Numbered from the stretch's first letter, positions 16,932-25,047 are shown. The stretch: DNA of 26,336 bases from Pseudomonadota bacterium (GCA_043718025.1 JAYSWN010000132.1:1-26336), one strand, 5' to 3'. The notes: generated by a model not told the origin, from the sequence alone. Numbers and translations are program-made.

Positions 16932-18416
16932 TTAGTACTTGACCCAAATTGATTTAATTCTTGTGTAAGAATCTAGTGAATGAATCGCCATCTCCTTGCC
17001 CCATCCGCTCTGTTTAAACCCACCGAATGGCGCGGCAAAATCGTAACAACCGTAGTGATTGATAAACACCTGACCGGCGTCTAATTCATTTGCCACCCGG
17101 TGAGCACGCGAAAGATCAGACGTATAGACCCCCGCCGCCAAGCCGTACTCAGAGTCATTGGCTAACTGCAGCGCCTCTCGCTCGCTATTAAAGCGAAAAA
17201 CCGAAAGCACAGGACCAAAAATTTCGTCGGTTGCGATCTTCATTTTGGGTTTTACATCAATAAAAATGGCCGGCCGAATAAAATAGCCTTTGCCATTTTC
17301 TCCCGCCACATCGCGGTTTCCGCCCACGGCTAGCGTAGCGCCCTCGCGCTGCCCGATTTCCACGTAGCTTAAGATTTTGTTGAAATGCGCTTCGTGGCAC
17401 TGCGGCCCCTGTTCCACGAGGGGGTCGAAGGGGTTGCCGCACACTGTTTTTTTTGCTTTCTCAACCAGCCGTTCCACCACTTGATTGTGAATGGAATCTT
17501 CGAGCAAAAGGCGAGTTGGCTCAGTGCACTTTTCCCCTTTGTGACTAAACATGGCGGTAAAGGCACGATCGATTACCGTATCGAGGTTGGGCGCATCGGC
17601 AAAAATTATGTTGGGCGACTTGCCCCCCAGTTCGAGCGCCACCGATTTCAAGTTGGAACGACCTGAACTCTCCACAATCTTTTTTCCGATTGGGGTAGAA
17701 CCGGTAAACGAAATTTTTGCCACTTGGGGATGAAGGGCGAGCGCCTCGCCGCATTCGTTGCCGCCGGTAACCAGGTTAAAGACCCCGGCGGGTAAAGTCT
17801 GATCTTCATCGATTAATTCCGCCAGCCGCAGCAAAGTAAGTGAGGTGAACGGCGAGGGCTTAACCACCACCGAATTTCCCATCGCCAAGGCCGGAGCTAT
17901 TTTCCAACTGGCCAAGAGCAGAGGAAAATTCCACGGCACAATCAAAGCGCAGACGCCGACCGGTTCGCGCCGCGTAAAATTGAGAAAACCGGAATCGACC
18001 GGCGAAGTTTCGCCGTAAATTTTATCAATCCAACCTGCATAATAATCAAAAACATCGGCCGATTCGGGCAAGTCATCGAAGAAGGCTTCGCGGTACGTTT
18101 TACCGTTATCTAACGACTCAAGCGTCGCCAGTTCAGCCTGGTGCTTGCGAATCAAAGCGCCGATTCGCGCAACGGCCTGGGCGCGCCGACGTCGGGTCCA
18201 GGTTTTCCACTCCCCTTGACCGGCCCTGGTCGCCGCTTGCACCGCCCGATCCACATCACCGGCGCTGGCCTCGGGTATTTCGCACAATCGGGAACCATCG
18301 GTTGGATTCAGTGACAGTGAAGAGGGTAGCCTTGCTTCTTGCCACTTACCGTCGATATAAAGGGCTTTAGGTGAGTTTAACCAGCGCGCGGCCCATTCAA
18401 GAGTTGCGGTTTCCAT
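16932..18416 (-). CDS. NAD(P)+-dependent aldehyde dehydrogenase
   Basis: IVPWNFPL, VVKPS, FTGSTPIG, LELGGKSP, catalytic Cys in FSHKGEKCTEP, EIFGPV and APFGGFKQSGWG. ATG 18416 follows GGAGG. Confidence 0.95.
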   Translation of the reverse strand: METATLEWAARWLNSPKALYIDGKWQEARLPSSLSLNPTDGSRLCEIPEASAGDVDRAVQAATRAGQGEWKTWTRRRRAQAVARIGALIRKHQAELATLESLDNGKTYREAFFDDLPESADVFDYYAGWIDKIYGETSPVDSGFLNFTRREPVGVCALIVPWNFPLLLASWKIAPALAMGNSVVVKPSPFTSLTLLRLAELIDEDQTLPAGVFNLVTGGNECGEALALHPQVAKISFTGSTPIGKKIVESSGRSNLKSVALELGGKSPNIIFADAPNLDTVIDRAFTAMFSHKGEKCTEPTRLLLEDSIHNQVVERLVEKAKKTVCGNPFDPLVEQGPQCHEAHFNKILSYVEIGQREGATLAVGGNRDVAGENGKGYFIRPAIFIDVKPKMKIATDEIFGPVLSVFRFNSEREALQLANDSEYGLAAGVYTSDLSRAHRVANELDAGQVFINHYGCYDFAAPFGGFKQSGWGKEMAIHSLDSYTRIKSIWVKY

Positions 18417-18417
18417 T

Positions 18418-19251
18418 TTAAACCTCCAAAGGTCGCGCTTGCATGCGCCCGTACCGTATTTTTCGTAAATGCTCGCTCGAAACCACCCCGGGGCGGCTGT
18501 CGAAACCAAAGAGACCGATGAGACGGCTGGTGTTCCCTTTTATCTCGGTAACTCGGTGGATCGAATGGCGTCCCTTAAACAACAACAAAGTGCCTGGTTC
18601 GTTGGCTATCTCCACCACGCCCTCACGCGAACCTCGTAAGGTCGCCCTCACCTTTTCATAATTTTCATCGGTTGCGTTACGAATTAACGGAACGTATTCA
18701 AAATTTCCCCCGGCCTCACTGCTGCGAATGGCCAACGACGACACAAAATCGGTTTGATCAAAATGCCAGCGCAAATAATCGCCAGCCTTCATCACCGATA
18801 AGTTGAGAGCGCCCATGGGGTCAGCGTAACGAAATATCTTGGAGAGCCTAAGCACCCGGCCAATGAACAGCATCATCGGATCCCATTCAAAGATTTGGCG
18901 CAGCAGAGAAGTGCGGGGAAACTGATCGTAAGCCACCGCCCCTAATGATGTCGGAGCTTCCATTCTGCGTACGTGATCAGCCGGCAATTCAGGATCGGGC
19001 TGATCTAGATAGGCGTTGCCCATCAGATGATTATGGAAAGCCAATGGCTCGAGACTCACCCCATCGCTCACTAAACTTTCGACGGCCGCGGTGGTAACAA
19101 ATTGCTTTAGTTCACAGGCCCCGTTTTGTTCGAGTTCGGCGCGACAGTGGTCGATGAGCTTCTGCGCCCCCGCAGTTTCTAGGTTTTGAATGGGATACTT
19201 ACTAAGATTAATAATGTCGACGGCGCGCGCCGCCCCCAAGTCTGCCTGCAT
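18418..19251 (-). CDS. Fe(II)/2-oxoglutarate oxygenase of the HalD/BesD-like fold, HxD (hydroxylase-type)
   Basis: ALNLSVM..GDYLRWHFDQTDF, GGNFEYVP.IR, PGTLLLFKGRHSIHRVT and SRLIGL supply the His-X-Asp...His triad and a 2OG-binding Arg; strong RBS GGAGGGG. Confidence 0.78.
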   Translation of the reverse strand: MQADLGAARAVDIINLSKYPIQNLETAGAQKLIDHCRAELEQNGACELKQFVTTAAVESLVSDGVSLEPLAFHNHLMGNAYLDQPDPELPADHVRRMEAPTSLGAVAYDQFPRTSLLRQIFEWDPMMLFIGRVLRLSKIFRYADPMGALNLSVMKAGDYLRWHFDQTDFVSSLAIRSSEAGGNFEYVPLIRNATDENYEKVRATLRGSREGVVEIANEPGTLLLFKGRHSIHRVTEIKGNTSRLIGLFGFDSRPGVVSSEHLRKIRYGRMQARPLEV

Positions 19252-19269
19252 AACCCCTCCCCTAAAATA

Positions 19270-19313
19270 ATTTCCCCTTTGTGCTGTACCTCAGCCCTCA
19301 CAAAATGGGAAAT
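19270..19313 (-). promoter_or_regulatory. Long stem-loop just upstream of the operon's first RBS (terminator- or attenuator-like)
   Basis: Minus strand: ATTTCCC-A-TTTTGTG-AGGG-CTG-AGGTA-CAG-CACAAAG-GGGAAAT, followed by TATTTT and then the RBS. Confidence 0.45.
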
Positions 19314-19349
19314 GGAACTTGAATCGCAGTCCGGTTAAGCGCCACCGGA

Positions 19350-20321
19350 CTATTGCACGGTAAGTTTGGTGCTACAGCTATTCTTTCCTTTCTTGCTGAA
19401 GACCGTGCCCACCACGGTAACAACCCCTTGCTTCTCCCCCTCTTTACCGCGAAGGACAAAGGGGACATCAACGGCCGCGCCATCCAACATGGCGGATTCG
19501 ACCAGCCCCCGAGTTTGCATCGAGAGAATGGTCATTTCACCAACTTTAATCAGTTCTGGTTTTGCCTCTATTTTGCAGCCGATTTGGTCATCGATTCCAG
19601 ATTCATTTTCCGGAGGCGGCAACTCTGGACTGGGCAACTTTGGCGCGGGCTTCACCGGCACTTCAGGCTGCGGTTGCTCTTTGGGTCGCGGCTGGGGAAC
19701 GAGCTTCGGCTCTTCCTTGGGTCGCGGCAAAGGAACCCTCTTTGGTTCGGCTTTGGGCGCCGGCAGGGGATAGCTTTTAGGCGCCTTGGTCGGCGGTTTC
19801 TCCGGTTCCACGGGACGAGCGACTGGCTTTGGATCTAGCTCGCTTAGTCGGTGAAAAATGGGAACCATGCCTGGCTCTTCCCCCGGATAGATGTCATGAC
19901 CGGTCCGCCATTCGCCCAGCGGCTCTTCTGCAACATAATCTCCCATTTGGGGATGCCGACGCCACAGTTGCGGTTTCGTCTTGGGAATCACGGCATGCCA
20001 ATTCAGATTGTCGTTGAGGCGGTAGTAAATAGTGGACCCTAGTCGCTCTTTTCCGAGACGATGGCCGAGAATAGTTGAGTCCGGTACGATCGGCTCATCA
20101 CGGTCTCCGGTGACCCAACTCTGCGAGGAGCTACCATCGTCAAACCCTCGCGCCAAAATAAAAATGCCGCGGCCCAACTCCATTCGCTCTTCGTTAGCCA
20201 AAACATGCGTTTTTTTAACTTCGTGCCAGCGATAGTACTGTTTAGACACCACCTTTTTTTCCGCTGAAAAGGCGCTGTTTGAGATCAACAAAAGGACAAA
20301 AACAACAAAAGCCCGCCCCAT
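19350..20321 (-). CDS. Exported hypothetical protein with Pro-rich linker and small C-terminal beta domain
   Basis: Signal peptide MGRAFVVFVLLLISNSAFSA; P/K/E-rich linker with a two-copy 12-aa repeat (PKRVPLPRPKEE/PKLVPQPRPKEQ); C-terminal domain bracketed by two Cys. Confidence 0.8.
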   Translation of the reverse strand: MGRAFVVFVLLLISNSAFSAEKKVVSKQYYRWHEVKKTHVLANEERMELGRGIFILARGFDDGSSSQSWVTGDRDEPIVPDSTILGHRLGKERLGSTIYYRLNDNLNWHAVIPKTKPQLWRRHPQMGDYVAEEPLGEWRTGHDIYPGEEPGMVPIFHRLSELDPKPVARPVEPEKPPTKAPKSYPLPAPKAEPKRVPLPRPKEEPKLVPQPRPKEQPQPEVPVKPAPKLPSPELPPPENESGIDDQIGCKIEAKPELIKVGEMTILSMQTRGLVESAMLDGAAVDVPFVLRGKEGEKQGVVTVVGTVFSKKGKNSCSTKLTVQ

Positions 20322-20632
20322 ATTCACCCACCCGTGTCATTGGCAAATTTAACTGCCTTTCATTAGGTGTAGGGCAGCTACGATACGTTGCCAGTAGCTC
20401 AAATCTTTCAAGGTAGTGAAACAGGCACGCGCTGCGCCGCATCGCCCGTGAGGAGCGCGGGGGCGTCGTATTTTGGTTGCTCTCGCTCTGCTCGTGATGG
20501 TTGGGCGGCGCTTCCATCCGGGTGTGGTTCGAGCGCGTAGTGCAAGGCCGGTAGAGAACGGGTGACTCGAAGCCTCACGCAAAAAAGAACCTCGGGCGAC
20601 GACATTGAGACAAGTAAGGGGAACCAGGCACC

Positions 20633-20819
20633 CGTCCTTGCGAGCCACGAAGTGGCACGGCAATCCTTGGCCGATGATTGATCAGAGACAGAGTTTTACT
20701 TACATTATGGCGAATTGGACTGGTAGCGTCCTTTACATCGGCGTTACCAACAAATTTCAATGGAATGACCTTTATTCCACGGTGTGAGGATTGCTTCGGC
20801 CTGCGGCCTCGCAAAGACG
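20633..20819. mobile_element. REP/REPIN-like inverted-repeat pair enclosing a GIY-YIG remnant
   Basis: Left arm CGTCCTTGCGAG-CCACGAAGTGG-CACG-GCAATCC (20633-20666); right arm GGATTGC-TTC-GGCCTGCGGCC-TCGCAAAGACG (20788-20819). Outer 12 nt are complementary at 11 of 12 positions and inner 7 nt are perfectly complementary; each arm has an internal mini-hairpin. Confidence 0.65.
20674..20787 (+). pseudogene. Internally deleted small GIY-YIG nuclease gene (37 codons)
   Basis: MIDQRQSFTYIMANWTGSVLYIGVTN is the canonical GIY-YIG N-terminus. It joins through KFQ directly to the family's C-terminal WNDLY motif, so the core with the catalytic Arg/Glu is absent. Confidence 0.78.
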
Positions 20820-20929
20820 AGAGCGAAAACGCGCCAGCTAAAAGACGAGAGCGAAAACGCGCCAGCTAAAAGACGAGAGCGAAAACGCGCCAGCTAAAAG
20901 ACGAGAGCGAGAACGCGCCAGCTAAAAGA
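20813..20929. repeat. Tandem repeat, 4 x 28 bp plus a 5-bp partial copy
   Basis: Unit AAAGACGAGAGCGAAAACGCGCCAGCTA at 20813, 20841, 20869 and 20897 (last copy has one A>G); no spacers. Confidence 0.95.
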
Positions 20930-21088
20930 GGATAGAACCCCGAAGTAGTTCAATCCGCTCATCAGCCGTCAATTTGGTAGACGATCTTCTTGCGTATTCT
21001 TGAATTGGAATACACCGACATCCCGTTCAAATCCCAGTTTTCGATCTAGGGCACATCCCTTGCTCAATAAGCCAAGAGAAGGTGGCTT

Positions 21089-21709
21089 ATGAAGCGCGTA
21101 AATGTGTGGCTCTTACTGGTATCGATTTTAACGGTTGGCTTTTCGGCAGCTGGCGAAGAGGCAAAAATCTCCGGTCCGATTCGATTTATAGGCAATGGCT
21201 GTCTGCCATCGTACACAGAGTCAGTGGTGACGGAGGATCGAATGACGGCCTCCTTTCTGTTCAGTAAATTTGCGGTTGAAACTGGAAAATCCATTCATCG
21301 CTTCTTTGAGGCGCGTTGGTGTGAAATTCGAATTCCCCTTACCGTTTCCCCCGGTTACAAAATTCAGGTTCAGGGTTTGGATTATCGCGGATTTAAATCC
21401 ATGGCCCTACACGGCGACCGAACTGCAGCGCTTTTTGAAACGCAAATTTTGAGCCGCGGAGTTCTTAAATCTAGCGGTTTAAATTTGGTGACCGAAAACG
21501 GACCGTTCCGCGACGAATTCTTTTATGAACCAACCAAGAAAGTGACCTCCTTTGCGTGCGGCGGGGCAATGGAACTGAGAGTGCGTACTCAGGTTTCCGC
21601 TTTTTCAAACAGCTGCCGCGCCGGCTCAATGAGTGGAATCGAAATTGATTCGATCGATTTCACTTCGCAAGCCAACGCCGGCGACTTCACTTACGTTCCT
21701 TGTCGCTAA
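21089..21709 (+). CDS. DUF4360-family secreted protein
   Basis: Signal peptide; FIGNGC, SFLFSKFAV, CEIRIPLTVSPGY, DYRGF, CG..MELRVRT, IDSID and terminal C. Confidence 0.82.
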   Translation: MKRVNVWLLLVSILTVGFSAAGEEAKISGPIRFIGNGCLPSYTESVVTEDRMTASFLFSKFAVETGKSIHRFFEARWCEIRIPLTVSPGYKIQVQGLDYRGFKSMALHGDRTAALFETQILSRGVLKSSGLNLVTENGPFRDEFFYEPTKKVTSFACGGAMELRVRTQVSAFSNSCRAGSMSGIEIDSIDFTSQANAGDFTYVPCR

Positions 21710-21739
21710 AAAAAAACGCCCGTACCAAAAGTACAGGCG
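21708..21739 (-). terminator. Intrinsic terminator for the minus-strand DUF4360 gene
   Basis: Minus strand CGCCTGTAC-TTTTG-GTACGGGCG followed by a run of nine T. Confidence 0.75.
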
Positions 21740-21768
21740 CTCCTAAATTCGACTATTCAGACTAAGGG

Positions 21769-22419
21769 TTAGTTATTGCACTTACGCCAAGTCAACTTGT
21801 ACAAAATTGGCGTTTTGGTCGTGAGGTCTAAGCTATCCAAGCTGCTGTTGGATTGATCACCTCGCGAGTTAGAACTGACGTCAAGACTGCTCTTGATAGC
21901 AATCGTGGTGTCTTTTCCACACGGTCCCCAAACCAGGGCGGTCGCTTGCACATCATTTTTACGATAGTACTCACCGCGTAACACCCCGTTTTTGTCGACA
22001 CGAGAGTCTTCAACGGTTGGGTCCGGAAACTGATACTTGAATTGCGGTCCGCGCTTACCAACCAGAAAGTATTCTGCGGACAAGATGGCCGTGGCCCCAC
22101 GAGGAAGAAAGTTAAAACCCCGGAACTCACTGGTGATGATGGAGATACTTAATCCCGCGGGAACCCTTACCGGAATGCGAACGTCACACTTGCGTCGATC
22201 ATTCACTGCATTTTTGTCTGCCTTCACCGCGTACTTGCTAAAGAGAATGCTCAAGCTCTGTTTGTCATCGGTCAGCGCAATTTCGGTATCCTCTTTTGTG
22301 CATCCATCGCCGATAAATTTCGGATCGCCCAGAGTAAGCGCCGGCACTTCGTCTCCGATGGCCGACACCGATCCCAAGGCACAAAGCCCCATGAGTCCGG
22401 AAAGTAGTTTGTTCTTCAT
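21769..22419 (-). CDS. DUF4360-family secreted protein (paralog of 21089..21709)
   Basis: Signal peptide; FIGDGC, SILFSKYAV, RKCDVRIPVRVPAG, EFRGF, VWGPCG, LDSLD and LTWRKC; RBS AAGGGG. Confidence 0.88.
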   Translation of the reverse strand: MKNKLLSGLMGLCALGSVSAIGDEVPALTLGDPKFIGDGCTKEDTEIALTDDKQSLSILFSKYAVKADKNAVNDRRKCDVRIPVRVPAGLSISIITSEFRGFNFLPRGATAILSAEYFLVGKRGPQFKYQFPDPTVEDSRVDKNGVLRGEYYRKNDVQATALVWGPCGKDTTIAIKSSLDVSSNSRGDQSNSSLDSLDLTTKTPILYKLTWRKCNN

Positions 22420-22447
22420 TCGCTTTTCCCCTTTTGATTGATTCTTT

Positions 22448-22464
22448 TTTGTACGATGTACAAA
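22448..22464. promoter_or_regulatory. Second copy of palindrome TTTGTAC-N3-GTACAAA
   Basis: TTTGTAC-GAT-GTACAAA lies 28 nt upstream of the DUF4360 start codon; both 7-bp arms are identical to those at 1651-1667. Confidence 0.65.
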
Positions 22465-22668
22465 CGATCTATGTCACGGCGCGTAAATTGATTTCAACGA
22501 GAGTTGCGTCGGGATGCGTCGCGAGCGCGCACGTCTTGTGCAAACCCTTTACCAATAAGTGATTCAAAATAATTTGGGATCCCAAAAACAAATCAAAATG
22601 TGCCGACCAACCTCCGACTTAGGTTTTTTTCTCGACACTGGCTCATGCTCTCGGATTTAATTTCTTAA

Positions 22669-24132
22669 ATGTCGGAAAAATTTACACACCCTGCCCCGAA
22701 CGCCCCACAACTATCGCGAACCCTCGGCCTACTGCCCACGACCACGATCGTGATCGGCTCCGTAGTGGGTTCGGGAATTTTTGTGTCGTCAGGAGGAATG
22801 GCTCGCGATCTCGGTTCCGCCCCGATGCTTATCTTTGTTTGGGTATTGGGTGGAGTGCTCACCTATTTCGGGGCCTTAACCCAATGCGAACTGGTGGGGC
22901 AGATGCCCCGAACCGGAGGACTATACGAATACCTCAAAGAAATTTACGGAGAACCAATCGGCTTTCTTTACGGCTGGGCGAATTTTGCGATCGCCGGCAG
23001 CGGCTCAATCGCCGCGCTCGCCTTTATTTTTGCCAATCACGTGGGGTGGTTCGTGCCGCTTCCGCATTTGTCGGCAGACTGGGAAAAAGTGACGCTCCAT
23101 TTGCCTTACGTAGGAAATTTATTTCCCTTTGCCGATCTCGGAACCAAAGCGGTAGGCGCCGCACTGGTGTGTTGTTTAACCGCGCTCAACATTCGCGGGG
23201 TGAAACTGGGGGCCACGGTGCAGGTGGTTTCAACCCTATCCAAACTGGCGGCCATTCTCGCCATTGTGATGGTTGCCTTTATTTGGGGCAGTAAGGTGGG
23301 TTCGTTCGCAAACCTGAGCAGCGTCACGCCAAAAGGCGCCGCGCTTAATTATTGGACTCTGGTCGGCGCCATTGGCATGGCTCTTTCGGGCGCTTTTTGG
23401 GCGTACGACGGGTGGGGCAACGTGGCGTATATCGCCGGCGAGGTAAAAGACCCATCGCGAACCATTCCGAGAGCCATGTTGCTCGGCACACTTTCGTTCG
23501 TCGGACTCTACGTTTTGGTGAATCTCGCCTACCTCTACATTTTACCGATTGGAGCGATGGGTGAGGTGGCCGGCGATCGCATTGCCGCCCGAGTCGTTTC
23601 TGCGGTGATTGGCACGGCCGGGGGGAGCGTGGTGGCGGCCTTAATTCTTTTGTCGACGTTCGACACCACTAACTCATCCGTGCTCACCAATGCGCGGGTC
23701 TATTACGCCATGGCCACGCACGGAATTTTTTGGCAACGGGCGGCAAATATCCACCCCACCTTTCGTACCCCCCATTTTGCCCTGCTCTCGCAAGGGCTGT
23801 GGTCGATTTTTTTATTGATGAGCGGATCGTTTGAGCTGATTGCCAGCATGTACGTTTTTGTAAACTGGGTGCTCTACGTTCTGATGGCCCTGGGGGTTTT
23901 TATTTTACGAAGCCGTAATCCGCTAGCCGTAAGACCATTTACCATTCCCGGTTACCCCTGGGTGCCCGCTATCTTTACTCTCTTCTCTTTGGGTTATCTG
24001 GCGGTGACGCTGATCATGGATGTTCAAGCCTTTCGCGCTGGAGAACAGCCGATGGTTAACAGCGTGATGGGGCTATTGCTGGTTTTTTCGGGCCTGCCTT
24101 TCTACTTCTTGTGCAGAAATAAAAAGGTCTGA
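22669..24132 (+). CDS. APC-superfamily amino acid permease (LAT/SteT-like)
   Basis: LSRTLGL...IGSVVGSGIF, GAL..CEL..MPRTGGLYEYL, GFLYGW, WAYDGW.NV..IAGEVKDPSRTIPRA, ARVYYAMA and RPFTIPGYP; about 12 TM segments. Confidence 0.93.
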   Translation: MSEKFTHPAPNAPQLSRTLGLLPTTTIVIGSVVGSGIFVSSGGMARDLGSAPMLIFVWVLGGVLTYFGALTQCELVGQMPRTGGLYEYLKEIYGEPIGFLYGWANFAIAGSGSIAALAFIFANHVGWFVPLPHLSADWEKVTLHLPYVGNLFPFADLGTKAVGAALVCCLTALNIRGVKLGATVQVVSTLSKLAAILAIVMVAFIWGSKVGSFANLSSVTPKGAALNYWTLVGAIGMALSGAFWAYDGWGNVAYIAGEVKDPSRTIPRAMLLGTLSFVGLYVLVNLAYLYILPIGAMGEVAGDRIAARVVSAVIGTAGGSVVAALILLSTFDTTNSSVLTNARVYYAMATHGIFWQRAANIHPTFRTPHFALLSQGLWSIFLLMSGSFELIASMYVFVNWVLYVLMALGVFILRSRNPLAVRPFTIPGYPWVPAIFTLFSLGYLAVTLIMDVQAFRAGEQPMVNSVMGLLLVFSGLPFYFLCRNKKV

Positions 24133-24141
24133 CGGTCCCGT

Positions 24142-25047
24142 TTACTTCGCCGGAATCGCCGCGGTTCCCACTTGAAACTGCGCCAATAAATCTTGCCGCA
24201 GTCCGGCGGGAATCAGCGTGATGTGAGCCTCGCCCTCAATAATCTTATTCGTTTCTAAGATCGAAAAGAGCGCCTGCGCCACCTCTTTGTCTTTGGCAAT
24301 CTCTTGCAACGATTGGCCCACGATCTTGGGGCGCATCACCGCCGCTTTGGCAAATTCGACCGCTGCCTCTTTCTCAGCCGCACTGGCGATAAGGTTGACT
24401 TGGTTTACGCCGTCTTGGGTAATGGCGGAGGTGACTTGGCGCAGACGATTGACCACCTTTTCTTCAATCTGCTTAATCATCCCCACGTCCCGAAAATGAA
24501 CTTTTCGAATGTAAACCGAACCCAGCTCGTAGCCCCACTCTTTCGACTGCGGCGAGATCTCACGCCTTACCGCTTGGCTCATCTGGTGTCGGCTCTCCAG
24601 CATCTCGGCGAGCGGCATGTTGCTCAGGCATTTTACACCGGCATTGCCGACGTTAGCTTTTAACGACCCATATGGGTCGGCATTCTTAAAGAGGTGGGCG
24701 AGCGGATCATTAATGTACATTTCGTACCAAACCCCAATTCCCATCGGTGCGCCTTCTTCAGAGTTTACTGGAGTGCTACGTAGATAAACTTGGTCTACCC
24801 GCAGGTCGCAGCGGTAGGTCTGCCCAAAGAGTGGCGCCAAAATCGCCTGCTATCCCAACTTAGGCCATAGAAAGTGCAGGCCGGCTTCGGAAATCACCCC
24901 GAGCACGTTACCAAAAAGAACGTAGACCTTGGCCTCGCCCTCTTGCACGGTGGTGAAAAACCCGATGAGGCGAAGCAGACGAAGAAAAAACACTTCGAAG
25001 CCAAAAAGAAACAGAACAACGAAAGTGACGACGCCAAGAAAACTCAT
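24142..25047 (-). pseudogene. SPFH/band 7 domain gene interrupted by one in-frame TAG (24852-24850)
   Basis: ORFs 24850..25047 and 24142..24840 are in the same frame (...WPKLG*QAILAPLFG...). The N-terminal part has the TM anchor and VYVLFG...AGLHF; the remainder has the SPFH core and coiled coil. Confidence 0.8.

Noticed and set aside
18417..18509. N-terminal extension of the ALDH ORF
   Set aside because: Overlaps the upstream oxygenase gene; ATG 18416 has a GGAGG RBS.
18418..19251. Radical halogenase (BesD-type)
   Set aside because: The iron motif is HFD; the Asp fills the site that halogenases leave open with Gly or Ala.
20328..20632. Small genes or an ncRNA in the GC-rich gap before the REP-like element
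   Set aside because: Candidate ORFs lack RBS and motifs, a hydrophobic + strand frame has no start codon, and I found no convincing RNA structure.
20813..20929. CRISPR array (28-bp repeats)
   Set aside because: Units are directly adjacent with no unique spacers, and there are no cas genes in the window.
24850..24852. Genome-wide amber reassignment or pyrrolysine
   Set aside because: Well-conserved genes here end in TAG at their expected C-termini, and no pyl genes are visible.
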